Shown here piece by piece: positions 9,619 through 19,702 of a stretch of DNA of 64,000 nucleotides; positions within the stretch are counted from its first letter, which is position 1, and every line of letters starts with the position of its first letter. Source of the stretch: Tubiluchus corallicola (lineage: Eukaryota > Animalia > Priapulida); assembly GCA_030141605.1 (NCBI GenBank), contig JAQGDQ010002394.1, positions 57,801-121,800 of the forward strand. The letters are read 5' to 3'. The position numbers and the translations under genes were made by a program. The notes beneath the pieces are model-generated. The model worked only from the letters and a program-made list of their open reading frames with translations, had not been told where the DNA came from and searched no databases.

Positions 9619-12600
9619 ATGGCATTTTTCAAAACTAAATACATACACTTATTATTGCTGATAGCAATAGCTCCATTTTTAATATTTGCTCAAAGTGGGA
9701 GAAGAAATCTACCTTTTAAAAAGTACCTTAAACATCCTTGGGTAATTTCAACTTATAATAATTTGACTTTGGATGAAAGAATTGCCCAACTTATATGGAT
9801 AGATGTTTTTTCAGAAGATAGATATAGTATAGAAAAAGCGGCAGAATTAATAAAAAAACACAAAGTAGGAGGAATTGTTTTTTTTAAAGGTACTGCAAAA
9901 GCCCAAGCACATTATACCAATCGTTTGCAGTTGCTTAGCGAAGTTCCACTTATTATTAGCACTGATGCAGAATGGGGGGTAGGTATGAGGCTGACAGATG
10001 GCTTGTCTTTTCCTTATCAAATGACTTTGGGGGCGATACAGGATGATGAACTTATTTATGAATTTGGAGCATCTGTAGCCCAGCATTGTAAGCGTTTGGG
10101 TGTTAATGCCAATTTTGCACCTGTGGTGGATATAAATACCAACCCTAACAACCCTGTAATAGGTTTTCGTTCCTTTGGAGAAGATAAGAAGAATGTGGCA
10201 CAAAAGTCTTATCAGTATATGAAAGCCCTGCAAGATAATAATATTATGGCGGTGGCGAAACATTTTCCAGGGCATGGAGCTACCTATCAGGATTCGCATG
10301 TTACTTTACCTACTGTTGTTGCCAATAAGAGCGGAATAGAACAAACAGAACTTTATCCTTTTAAATATCTTATTAACAAAGGAATAATAAGTGTGATGAC
10401 AGCACATTTGGATGTGCCAGCCTATGAAAAACAAAGAATACCTTCTACATTATCGAAAAATATTATAAATGGACTGCTTAAAAAGAAAATGAAGTTCAAT
10501 GGCTTAGCTATTACCGATGCTATGAATATGAATGCCGTTAATCTAAATAAAAAAGTAGGCTTGGTAGATGTAGAGGCTCTCATAGCAGGGAATGATATAT
10601 TGGAATATGTAAAAGATGTACCAGCTGCTATCGATGAGATAAAAATAGCTATTAAAAAAGGAAGAATTAGCAATGAAGAAATAGAACAAAAATGCAAGAA
10701 AGTACTTGCTATCAAGTATTGGATGGGTTTGCATAATAAACCGTTTATAAATACTCAAAATTTACCTGAAGATATAAATTCGAATGAAGATCTTTTGCTT
10801 AGGCAAAAGCTTTATGAAAAATCACTCACTTTACTCAAAAATGAAAACAACCTCATCCCTCTACAAAATTTAGATACCTTAAAAATAGCAAGTATTGCAG
10901 TAGGAGAAAAGGAAGTAACTCCTTTTCAAGATATGTTAAGTAATTATATGCTAGTAGATCACTATAATATAACAGACGATCAAAGTTTTGAAGAAATAGA
11001 AGCTCTCATAAGGGAAATAGATGAAAAATACAACTTGATAATTGCTTCTGTTCATAATTTAAGAATGACTTATAAGAAAAAATGGACTGTTGTAGATGGC
11101 AAATTTATCGAGCAAAAGGATGACAACCCTTATGGGCTGTCAAATTATTATTATGCAACATTACATCAAATTAATAGATTAGAAAAAACCATATTTACTT
11201 TGTTTGCCAATCCTTATAGTCTTCAATATATACCTCAAGTAAAAAAGCTTACAGGATTGCTATTGGCTTATCAGGAAAATGAAACAACTCAACATTTGGC
11301 AGCACAACTTATATTTGGAGGCATTGGGGCTTGGGGCAAGTTGCCTGTATCAATAGGAACAAATTTTAAGGTAGGAGATGGGATTATTATAGATAAAGCT
11401 ATTCGTTTGAAATACACATTACCTGAGGAGGTAGGTATTAATTCAAATTTATTAAACAATAAAGTAGACTCTATAATAAATATTGGTTTAGATAAAAGTG
11501 CATTCCCAGGCTGCCAAGTCTTAGTTGCCAAAGAGGGGAAAGTGATATTTAACAAACAGTACGGCTATCATACTTACGAACATAAGAATCCTGTAAAAAA
11601 AGATGATATATACGATTTAGCTTCTCTTACAAAAATTATAGGCCCACTGCCTGCTATAATGAAACTTTATGATGAAAAGCAGATAGACATAAACGAAAAG
11701 TTTAGTACTTATTGGAAAGGTTGGAAAGGGGGATTATTTAAGAGAGCGAATAAAGAAGATATAACTTTTAAAGAAGTACTCTCGCATCAGGCGGGCTTAC
11801 AGCCTACGATACTATTCTATAACGATTTATATAATGACAATAAGGTCAATCATAAATACCTATCACAGAAATTGGATGAAAAATATAGTATTAGCTTGAC
11901 AGATGACCTATACATCAATTCTAATTTTACAGAAGAAATATATCATAAAATAAACCATTCTCCTCTTAGAAAAGCAAACTCACATACTTATTCTGACTTG
12001 GGTTTTATTTTGTTACCTAATGTAATAACAGATATTACCAAAACAGATTACGAACAATATCTCAACACACATTTTTATGCCCCACTTGGAGCAAGGTTGT
12101 TGTATAATCCTTACCAGAAAATAGACCTAAAAAAAATTCCCCCTACAGAGTTCGATGTCAATTTTAGAGGGACGCTTGTACACGGCAGAGTGCACGATGA
12201 AAATGCAGCTATTTTAGGGGGTGTGTCAGGACACGCAGGGCTATTTGGCAATGCCAATGATGTAGCTAAAATAATGCAAATGTATTTAGAGCAAGGAGAG
12301 TATGGTAATAGAAAGTATATCAATGATAAAACAATAAAAGAGTTTACCACAACTCAATTTCCTAAAAACAATAATCGTAGAGCCATTGGTTTTGATAAGC
12401 CTGCTTTGGGAAACGATACTATCTCTTTTGAAGAAAGTTATCCAACACCAGAGGCAAGCCCCAGTAGCTTTGGACATTCTGGTTTCACGGGTACATTTAT
12501 GTGGGCTGACCCTGACTTAGGACTTATATATGTATTTCTATCTAATAGAGTTTACCCTTCAAGAAAAAATACCCTAATTACTGAAGAAAATATTCGCACA

Positions 12601-12636
12601 CGTATACTACAAGCAGTATATCAGTTGGTTAAATAG
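9619..12636 (+). CDS. GH3 beta-N-acetylglucosaminidase fused to a C-terminal beta-lactamase-fold serine hydrolase
   Basis: KHFPGHG...DSH and TDAM (NagZ-type GH3); SLTK (SxxK), YSD and GHSGFTG in the C-terminal domain; signal peptide ending A-Q. Confidence 0.88.
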   Translation: MAFFKTKYIHLLLLIAIAPFLIFAQSGRRNLPFKKYLKHPWVISTYNNLTLDERIAQLIWIDVFSEDRYSIEKAAELIKKHKVGGIVFFKGTAKAQAHYTNRLQLLSEVPLIISTDAEWGVGMRLTDGLSFPYQMTLGAIQDDELIYEFGASVAQHCKRLGVNANFAPVVDINTNPNNPVIGFRSFGEDKKNVAQKSYQYMKALQDNNIMAVAKHFPGHGATYQDSHVTLPTVVANKSGIEQTELYPFKYLINKGIISVMTAHLDVPAYEKQRIPSTLSKNIINGLLKKKMKFNGLAITDAMNMNAVNLNKKVGLVDVEALIAGNDILEYVKDVPAAIDEIKIAIKKGRISNEEIEQKCKKVLAIKYWMGLHNKPFINTQNLPEDINSNEDLLLRQKLYEKSLTLLKNENNLIPLQNLDTLKIASIAVGEKEVTPFQDMLSNYMLVDHYNITDDQSFEEIEALIREIDEKYNLIIASVHNLRMTYKKKWTVVDGKFIEQKDDNPYGLSNYYYATLHQINRLEKTIFTLFANPYSLQYIPQVKKLTGLLLAYQENETTQHLAAQLIFGGIGAWGKLPVSIGTNFKVGDGIIIDKAIRLKYTLPEEVGINSNLLNNKVDSIINIGLDKSAFPGCQVLVAKEGKVIFNKQYGYHTYEHKNPVKKDDIYDLASLTKIIGPLPAIMKLYDEKQIDINEKFSTYWKGWKGGLFKRANKEDITFKEVLSHQAGLQPTILFYNDLYNDNKVNHKYLSQKLDEKYSISLTDDLYINSNFTEEIYHKINHSPLRKANSHTYSDLGFILLPNVITDITKTDYEQYLNTHFYAPLGARLLYNPYQKIDLKKIPPTEFDVNFRGTLVHGRVHDENAAILGGVSGHAGLFGNANDVAKIMQMYLEQGEYGNRKYINDKTIKEFTTTQFPKNNNRRAIGFDKPALGNDTISFEESYPTPEASPSSFGHSGFTGTFMWADPDLGLIYVFLSNRVYPSRKNTLITEENIRTRILQAVYQLVK

Positions 12637-12769
12637 CTATTGTCATATTTTTAGTATTTTAGGTACAAATACTTTCACCCTTTGCAATTATTGATATGTT
12701 TTTTATTGTTATTTAAATACAGTAAATAAAAGTTGTATTTTTGTATTCTATTTTTCATTCCTTTTTACT

Positions 12770-15700
12770 TTGGAACAATTAAAACAAATATTTGTCAAAC
12801 ATAAAAATGTTTGCAACGCAGCAGAAATTTTAGGTGAAGAAAATGTTCATTTAAGTAATACTATTTGTTCTTCGCTCCCATTTATTATTTGGGGTACACA
12901 AAACATTAAACCAAGTACCAAATTTCTTATTCTCAACGATAAAGAAACAGCAGCTTATCTCTATAACGACCTTATTAATATAGCAGGAGAGAATAGTAGT
13001 GTCTATTTTTTTCCTTCTATCTATAAACGTTCTATACATACAACACAAAAAGACAAAGCCAACCTTATACTTCGTTCAGAAGCACTGGCACATTTGGCGA
13101 ATAGAGATAAAAAATCAATCATAATAAGTTACCCTGAAGCCATAACCGAAAAAGTTACTCCAATAGATATTTTCCAAAAAAACACCATAGAAATAAAAAC
13201 AAGAGAAAGATATTCCATAGATTTTATTGTGGAAATGCTGGAAGAACTAGGCTTTACTCGCTCCGACTTCGTCTACGAAGCTGGAGAATATTCAGTAAGA
13301 GGGAGTATCATAGACATTTTTTCTTTTGCTAACAACCACCCATACCGTATAGATTTCTTTGGAGATGATGTAAACTCTATTCGAACCTTTGACATAGAAA
13401 CTCAACTTTCTATTCAAAAGTTGCAGGCTATTACTGTTATCCCAGAAAATAATACAGATGAAAGTATCTCTATCTTTGAGTTTCTTCCGTCTAGTACTTC
13501 CTTATGGATAGATAGTAGTGTGCAAATAGCAGAAACACTAGCCAAAATAACAAAACTTATCGATGATAACGATATTGTAGGTAAAGATGATTTTTTAGAA
13601 GCCTTAGACAAGTTCAAATGGGTAGAATTTGGAGGAACTAGCCGTAGTAGAGAAAAAGAAGTTGTTGAGTTTAATGTTTCACCTCAACCTAATTTCAATA
13701 AAAATTTTAACCTTCTTATAGAAAATCTTCAAGATTATCAAACACAAGGCTATACCCATTATATCCTTTCCGATAATCCTAAACAATTAGAAAGACTTAA
13801 AGACATATTAGAAGACAAAGAAACCAATATCTACTTCACACCCGTGAGTAAAACAGTGCATACAGGTTTTATAGACCACGATTTGAAAATTTGCATCTAT
13901 ACCGACCACCAGGTATTTGGACGTTTTCATAAATACAATCTTAGAAGCAAACACCCACGCGAAGGAAAAGCAGCTCAACTTGTTAAGCAAATCAACGAGT
14001 TACAAATAGACGACTATGTCATTCATCAAGATCACGGAATAGGAAAATTTGCAGGCTTACAAAAAATAAAAAAAGGCAATACCACACAAGAAGCTATTAA
14101 ATTGTTGTATAACAACAATGACCAACTTTACGTAGGGCTTCATTCACTACACAAAATATCTAAATACAGAGGAAAAGAAAGCACCCCGCCAAAGATAAAT
14201 AAACTTGGCACAGGTGTATGGCTAAAACTGAAAACCAAAGCCAAAGGCAAAATAAAAGATATTGCTAAGGACTTAATAAGCCTATATGCAAAACGCAAAA
14301 CAACAGAGGGACACAGCTTTGCCCCTGATAGCTATTTGCAACAAGAATTGGAATCATCCTTTATTTACGAAGACACACCCGACCAAACACAAGCCACTCA
14401 GCTAGTGAAAAAAGCAATGGAGACTAAGTTTCCGATGGACTGCCTTGTATGTGGGGATGTAGGTTTTGGTAAAACAGAAATAGCCATAAGAGCAGCATTC
14501 AAAGCTGTTGCTGATAGTAAACAAGTAGCCGTATTGGTACCAACAACCGTCCTCGCCCTACAACACTATAAAACTTTTACTAGAAGATTAAAACGTTTTC
14601 CTTGCAACATAGAATACGTTAGTCGCCTACGGCAGTCCAAAGACATAAGAAAAGCAATAGAAGGAGTGAAAACAGGACAAGTAGATATACTTATAGGTAC
14701 ACACCGTATAGTAGGTAAAGATATTAAATTCAAAGACTTGGGATTGCTCATTGTGGATGAAGAACAAAAGTTTGGAGTATCTATCAAAGAAAAGCTAAAA
14801 AACCTGAAAGCCAATGTAGATACACTCACCCTCACAGCCACACCTATACCTCGTACCTTACAGTTTTCGTTGATGGGCATTAGAGATTTGTCCATAATGA
14901 AAACCCCTCCACCTAACCGCTATCCTATCGTTACAGAGCTACACCTATTCAACGAAAACATTATAAAAGAAGCTATTGCTTATGAAATAGAACGAGGTGG
15001 GCAAGTTTACTTTGTTCATAACCGTGTGCAAAACATAGAAGAGATACAAGCAATGCTCAACCGTATATTGCCTAATGTATCAACCATAGTAGCACACGGA
15101 CAAATGGAAGGAAGACAGTTAGAAAAAACAATACTTGATTTTATAGAAGGACAATACGATGTGCTTATTTGTACCACCATCATAGAATCGGGTGTAGATA
15201 TCCCTAATGTAAATACTATTATCATTAATCAAGCTCAAAATTTCGGGTTAAGCGACCTGCATCAGCTAAGAGGTAGAGTGGGAAGAACTAATAAAAAGGC
15301 CTTTTGCTATTTACTATCGCCACCTGTAACAGTTCTCACACCCGAAGCCCAAAGACGGTTGAAAACCATAGAAGAATTTTCAGAACTAGGTAGTGGGTTC
15401 AATATAGCCTTACAAGACTTAGATATACGTGGAGCAGGTAACCTGTTAGGTGCAGAACAAAATGGCTATATTACTGAAATAGGCTACGAAACATACCACA
15501 AAATATTAGATGAAGCCATAGACGAATTAAAAGAAACAGAATTTAAAGACTTGTATGAAGATACAGAAAAAGAAGACAAGAAATATGTAAAAGATTGCCA
15601 AATAGATACTGATTTAGAAATACTATTCCCTGATACATATATAGAAAGTGTAAGCGAAAGGATAAAACTTTACAGACAATTAGACAATACGGAAACACAA

Positions 15701-16048
15701 GAAGCACTCTCCAATTTTGAAAACTCACTGAAAGACCGTTTTGGAGAAATACCACCACAAACTATCGAATTACTCAACATCGTAAAACTACGTTGGGCAG
15801 CCGAAAAATTGGCCGTAGACAGAATTATTATTAAAAACAAGAAGATGCTTAACTTCTTTGTAGCCAACAAAAACTCCCCTTTCTATCAATCCAATCTCTT
15901 TCAAGAAGTACTTACCTTCATACAAAAAAACTCCAAAACCTGCTCTCTTAAAGAAAACAACAAAGGAAGGCTAACCCTTTCCATCAAAAACATCAACAGT
16001 GTTTCAAAAGCTATTGAAGTGTTAAATAAGATAACTATCCCTTCATAA
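12770..16048 (+). CDS. mfd: Transcription-repair coupling factor
   Basis: UvrB-homology region, RID (HGIG.F.GL), CGDVGFGKTE, DEEQKFGV, TATPIPRTL, QLRGRVGR, TRCF domain. Confidence 0.97.
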   Translation: MEQLKQIFVKHKNVCNAAEILGEENVHLSNTICSSLPFIIWGTQNIKPSTKFLILNDKETAAYLYNDLINIAGENSSVYFFPSIYKRSIHTTQKDKANLILRSEALAHLANRDKKSIIISYPEAITEKVTPIDIFQKNTIEIKTRERYSIDFIVEMLEELGFTRSDFVYEAGEYSVRGSIIDIFSFANNHPYRIDFFGDDVNSIRTFDIETQLSIQKLQAITVIPENNTDESISIFEFLPSSTSLWIDSSVQIAETLAKITKLIDDNDIVGKDDFLEALDKFKWVEFGGTSRSREKEVVEFNVSPQPNFNKNFNLLIENLQDYQTQGYTHYILSDNPKQLERLKDILEDKETNIYFTPVSKTVHTGFIDHDLKICIYTDHQVFGRFHKYNLRSKHPREGKAAQLVKQINELQIDDYVIHQDHGIGKFAGLQKIKKGNTTQEAIKLLYNNNDQLYVGLHSLHKISKYRGKESTPPKINKLGTGVWLKLKTKAKGKIKDIAKDLISLYAKRKTTEGHSFAPDSYLQQELESSFIYEDTPDQTQATQLVKKAMETKFPMDCLVCGDVGFGKTEIAIRAAFKAVADSKQVAVLVPTTVLALQHYKTFTRRLKRFPCNIEYVSRLRQSKDIRKAIEGVKTGQVDILIGTHRIVGKDIKFKDLGLLIVDEEQKFGVSIKEKLKNLKANVDTLTLTATPIPRTLQFSLMGIRDLSIMKTPPPNRYPIVTELHLFNENIIKEAIAYEIERGGQVYFVHNRVQNIEEIQAMLNRILPNVSTIVAHGQMEGRQLEKTILDFIEGQYDVLICTTIIESGVDIPNVNTIIINQAQNFGLSDLHQLRGRVGRTNKKAFCYLLSPPVTVLTPEAQRRLKTIEEFSELGSGFNIALQDLDIRGAGNLLGAEQNGYITEIGYETYHKILDEAIDELKETEFKDLYEDTEKEDKKYVKDCQIDTDLEILFPDTYIESVSERIKLYRQLDNTETQEALSNFENSLKDRFGEIPPQTIELLNIVKLRWAAEKLAVDRIIIKNKKMLNFFVANKNSPFYQSNLFQEVLTFIQKNSKTCSLKENNKGRLTLSIKNINSVSKAIEVLNKITIPS

Positions 16049-16318
16049 TATAGGCAAATTCTTGACTTATTTGAAAACTGCCTAATAGTAAAAGCATTAA
16101 CCCCCAAGTGAACAGAAAGGAAGAAAAAAATAAAACATAATATGATAGAAATCATCAAACAACTACCAGATTAATTTTTGCCTTGTTTTTGCACATTTCA
16201 TCTTGTGAACTATACAACGGCTAAGTGTAAGCGAGTATTTTCTTATCCCTTACAACTCAACTAGTAGGCTAAAACAAGCAACATTAAAAAGAAAAAAAAG
16301 GGGAGGGGGAGAAGACAA

Positions 16319-17308
16319 TTATTTTTCGTTATACACTACCTCTAATATGGTTTGTCCTACTGCTTTAAGTGTTTTTTTGTCTATGTTCTCAATATTGTCA
16401 TTTTCTGTGTGCCAATGTGCGGGAAAGATGTGTATGGGGTTGTAACTGATGATGTCTATGGAGGGGATGCCTGCTAAGGTATTTACATAGTAATGGTCGT
16501 CGGTAACAATACCTCCTTTTGTGAAAGGAAAATACTGACTGTATCCCAGTTTTGCAGCTGTGTTCCATACTTTATCTACTATATTTTGAGCATAGTGCGA
16601 AGAGTATTGTTCTTGTGCAAATATAGCCCCTTCGCCTCCCACCATATCTAAGAGAATGCCGTATCGAGCGTAGTAGTCTTCTTTGTGTTTGTTCTTAGCC
16701 CAGTATTGTGAGCCGAGACACCAAAAGTCGCCCTTATATTGTTTTTGGTCAAACTGCGGAGGCCCGTAATCTTCGGCATCAAAGAGAATAATATCTACTC
16801 CTATGTTGGGTTGTTTTTTAGCTATTTGCCGTGCTATTTCCATCAAAACAGCTACACCACTTGCACCGTCATCAGCTCCCATAATGGGTTGGTTTTGTAG
16901 TTCTTTATGCTTGCTATTGTCTGCAAAAGGACGTGTGTCCCAGTGAGCAAATAGCAATATTCTGTTGGGATTGTTGGGTTGAAATTCTGCTATGATGTTT
17001 TTTGCTTTTAATAGGGTGTTGTTATAGGCTTTTAAGTTTGCTTCTTGAACTATTACATTACTGTTTAAAGATTTAAAAAAGTTGGTTAGATAATTGGCAC
17101 ATTGTTGATGTTCTTTTGTGTTGGGAATTCTAAACCCGAAATTTAATTGTTTTTCAATATATGAATAGGCAGAGTCTTCGTTGAAAGAAGGAACTTCTAT
17201 TTGTGTGTTTTTGGGAAGGGATGAGGTAGTGTTTGAGGTTCTTGTGCCTGTTCCTGTGCAGGCGTATAGAAACAGGAATAAGATGGGATATAAAAATATA
17301 ATTTTCAT
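16319..17308 (-). CDS. M28-family lipoprotein, glutaminyl-peptide cyclotransferase-like
   Basis: Lipobox LYAC, AHWDTRP, GADDGASG, FDAEDYG, LLDMVG, DDH and HWHT motifs of Bacteroidota QC. Confidence 0.85.
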   Translation of the reverse strand: MKIIFLYPILFLFLYACTGTGTRTSNTTSSLPKNTQIEVPSFNEDSAYSYIEKQLNFGFRIPNTKEHQQCANYLTNFFKSLNSNVIVQEANLKAYNNTLLKAKNIIAEFQPNNPNRILLFAHWDTRPFADNSKHKELQNQPIMGADDGASGVAVLMEIARQIAKKQPNIGVDIILFDAEDYGPPQFDQKQYKGDFWCLGSQYWAKNKHKEDYYARYGILLDMVGGEGAIFAQEQYSSHYAQNIVDKVWNTAAKLGYSQYFPFTKGGIVTDDHYYVNTLAGIPSIDIISYNPIHIFPAHWHTENDNIENIDKKTLKAVGQTILEVVYNEK

Positions 17309-17343
17309 TTTATGATGTTTTTTATGATGTTTTTTATGATGTT
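17308..17343. repeat. Tandem repeat, 3 x 12 bp (TTTTATGATGTT), spanning the stop of the BatA-domain gene
   Basis: ATGATG recurs at 17312, 17324 and 17336. Confidence 0.9.
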
Positions 17344-19385
17344 TTTCTTTTTTTTCTTAGTAGTAGTGTTTCTACTGCAAGTAAAAGTAATGATGCTATG
17401 ATGCAATACTTCCAAAGGGGAATACCATAATTAATATAAGTGAGGTTTTGCCTAAATTTTTGGCTGGTATTATTTTTTACTATGGTTGCATTGGTGAGGT
17501 TATTTTGGGTTAGAATAGTGTTTATATCTCTTGTTTGTAGGTACTGGGTGCTGGATTCTTTTCTGTCGTAATTGTAGGCGATGAATTGTATGACTTGCTG
17601 GTTGCGATAGAGGGTGTAGCAGTCAGCAGTAGCGATAATGTATGGACTGATGTTTATTTGCTGGTTAGTGGAAGTGGTAGTGAAAGATTGATTGTGGCTA
17701 TTGGCTTGCAAGGTGTATTGCGTGTTGAGTTGTTCAGCGGAGGGCAGCTGTATGGGCTGATTCTTTCCTATGGTGTAATAGAGAGGCTGTGTGTTGTAGC
17801 TATTAAGTATAGGGGTGTAGAGTGTGGGTATGATAATAGGGTGGCTGTGTATATTGTTATATTTGATGCCTATGGGGGTGGCGAGGGTATATAATGTTCC
17901 TTTTCTGAGGGGCGTTGCAGTAAGTATAGGTTGTTGGTTTTCTGTTTTTAGTAGGGTGAGTGTATTACTTGCAGGATTGATTTTTATTTGATGATGTAAA
18001 TGTATGATGGGTAGTTGTGTGTTAGGACTTTTAGCATTGAGGGTGTTTTTGAAGTTGGGGTGCTGAATGTCTATTTTGTTGGAAAGAAATTGTGTGGAAG
18101 TATCTATTTGTGTGGTTGTTCCTATATTGAAGTATTGTAGATAGCTGCTAAGTGCTTGTGTATTATGTGAAGATGGTATATGTATAACAGAACCTCCGTT
18201 TTTTATAAATTCTTGTAAGTGTTTGAGTAATGTGGGCGTATAATTTTCTATTTGGTTGAGAATAATGCTGTGATAGTTGTTGAAAATATGTGGATTGAGG
18301 TTTTTTCTGTTAGTGTTGTGCATTGTAATATATGGGTCTTTATTAAACAATGCGTTGAGGTATTCATTTTTTTGTAAATCATTGATGATGAGTAGGCTAA
18401 TAGGGGCGTTGGGTGTATAACTGAAATAAAAAGTATTATCGAAAGTGATAGGGTAGTCAGTAATAGTAACTTTCCCACTCTTAGCTCCATCAGTTTGTTC
18501 TGTGTAAGTGAGCTGCAATGTTTGGGTCTCGTGAGGTTCTAGGTTGAAAGTTTTGATATCCTTTATTTGATTGTTGATTTCAAGTTGTAATGGGATATTT
18601 TGATAGCTTTGATTGGAAGTATTTCTGATTTTTACATTCAATCGTTCTTCTTCTCCTGTTTTTCGATAGGGAGTTTCAAACCACAAGGAGTCTATGTATA
18701 AATTGTGAACGGTTTGTGACTGCAAGGGTGTGAGATGTAACTTTATATTAGGATTGTGGCTAATATTTTGTAATTGAGTAGTGTTTTTTTGGAAATCAGA
18801 CAGTAAAAATATGTAAAATGGTTTATTTTGACTGGTTGTATTGGAGTTGATATCAGTAATTCTATTTATGATTTGAGAAAAAGTTTTGTAATTGGGACTG
18901 CTTTTTATTTGGGTGATATATTGGTGAGCTTGTTTTTGAGTGAGGGGGGTTTGGTGCTTGGCTTCAAAGTCATTGGTTTGTAATATGTATCGTGTGTCTT
19001 TGCTAAAAGCATTGATAAGGTCTAAGGCTCTATTTTTGGCATTGTTGAGTAATGTTCCTTGGTTGTTTTTATTCTGCATACTAAATGAATTGTCTATGTA
19101 AATACCAACAGTGTTAGAGGTTTGAGTTTTGCTCTCATTATTGGCAATGTAGGGCTGTGTGAAGGCAAGTATAAGAAAAGTGATGACAAGTATACGTGTG
19201 AGTAACAATAAAAGATTTTTGATTTTTGATTTGGCTTTGTCCTCTGTTTTTAGTGCTGTGAGAAAATGAATATCGCTAAAATAAATGATTTTTCGTGTGC
19301 GAAAGTTGAATAAGTGTATAATGATAGGTATGGCAAGGACGAAGAGTGCAAAAAGAAAATAAGGATGTAATAGTTGCAGGGTCAT
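17334..19385 (-). CDS. BatA-domain / vWA membrane protein
   Basis: IPIIIHLFNFR N-terminal BatA motif, DNSFSM MIDAS (DxSxS), C-terminal LWKYC...TM anchor. Confidence 0.85.
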   Translation of the reverse strand: MTLQLLHPYFLFALFVLAIPIIIHLFNFRTRKIIYFSDIHFLTALKTEDKAKSKIKNLLLLLTRILVITFLILAFTQPYIANNESKTQTSNTVGIYIDNSFSMQNKNNQGTLLNNAKNRALDLINAFSKDTRYILQTNDFEAKHQTPLTQKQAHQYITQIKSSPNYKTFSQIINRITDINSNTTSQNKPFYIFLLSDFQKNTTQLQNISHNPNIKLHLTPLQSQTVHNLYIDSLWFETPYRKTGEEERLNVKIRNTSNQSYQNIPLQLEINNQIKDIKTFNLEPHETQTLQLTYTEQTDGAKSGKVTITDYPITFDNTFYFSYTPNAPISLLIINDLQKNEYLNALFNKDPYITMHNTNRKNLNPHIFNNYHSIILNQIENYTPTLLKHLQEFIKNGGSVIHIPSSHNTQALSSYLQYFNIGTTTQIDTSTQFLSNKIDIQHPNFKNTLNAKSPNTQLPIIHLHHQIKINPASNTLTLLKTENQQPILTATPLRKGTLYTLATPIGIKYNNIHSHPIIIPTLYTPILNSYNTQPLYYTIGKNQPIQLPSAEQLNTQYTLQANSHNQSFTTTSTNQQINISPYIIATADCYTLYRNQQVIQFIAYNYDRKESSTQYLQTRDINTILTQNNLTNATIVKNNTSQKFRQNLTYINYGIPLWKYCIIASLLLLAVETLLLRKKRKTS

Positions 19386-19460
19386 TTTACATCTTTTATC
19401 TTATGATAATTTGAAAACATTATTTTGCTTTTTTGTAGCATAAGATAAAAAAATGAAAAG

Positions 19461-19534
19461 TGGGCCCACCTGGGCTTGAACCAGGGACCCCCTGATTATG
19501 AGTCAGGTGCTCTAACCAGCTGAGCTATGGGCCC
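19461..19534 (-). tRNA. tRNA-Ile2 (anticodon CAT, lysidine-modified); CCA not encoded
   Basis: GGGCCCATAGCTCAGCTGGTTAGAGCACCTGACTCATAATCAGGGGGTCCCTGGTTCAAGCCCAGGTGGGCCCA folds to a cloverleaf. G1-C72 pair and no GGG/CCC anticodon stem exclude fMet; the CTCATAA loop with an Ile-type acceptor stem favours Ile2 over elongator Met. Confidence 0.88.
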
Positions 19535-19566
19535 AAAAGAAATATTTTCTTTTGTAATTTTGAGTG

Positions 19567-19597
19567 CAAATTTAGTTCTTTTGTTGTAAACAACAAA
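19567..19597 (-). promoter_or_regulatory. tRNA promoter TTTG-N19-TAAATTTG
   Basis: Both -33 and -7 Bacteroidota consensus elements with canonical spacing. Confidence 0.75.
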
Positions 19598-19702
19598 ATT
19601 TTTGCTCTTTTAAAATTAAATGGGATTGTTTAAAAATGCAGCAAAATGTATTTTATACGTCTGTTAATTTTTCTATGATATTGTTATAACTAATGAAACA
19701 CA

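Noticed and set aside
11400-12636. Beta-lactamase-fold domain as an antibiotic-resistance gene
   Set aside because: It is the usual C-terminal serine-hydrolase domain of Bacteroidota GH3 fusions, more consistent with peptidoglycan or glycan turnover
16130-16157. ATAAAACATAATAT resembling the XerD arm of dif, or an oriC at the skew switch
   Set aside because: No XerC arm, no DnaA-box cluster recognised, and several other skew switches occur in the window
16142-16174. Mini-ORF MIEIIKQLPD resembling the MutL N-terminus
   Set aside because: Only 10 codons and no ANQIAAGE continuation; chance is likely
19461-19534. Calling the CAT tRNA tRNA-Met
   Set aside because: It lacks initiator features, and the stem and loop sequence fit Ile2 better; elongator Met is not fully excluded
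19386-19702. tRNA as a possible integration site of an island
   Set aside because: No integrase, no duplicated tRNA 3' end, and the flanks are core genes
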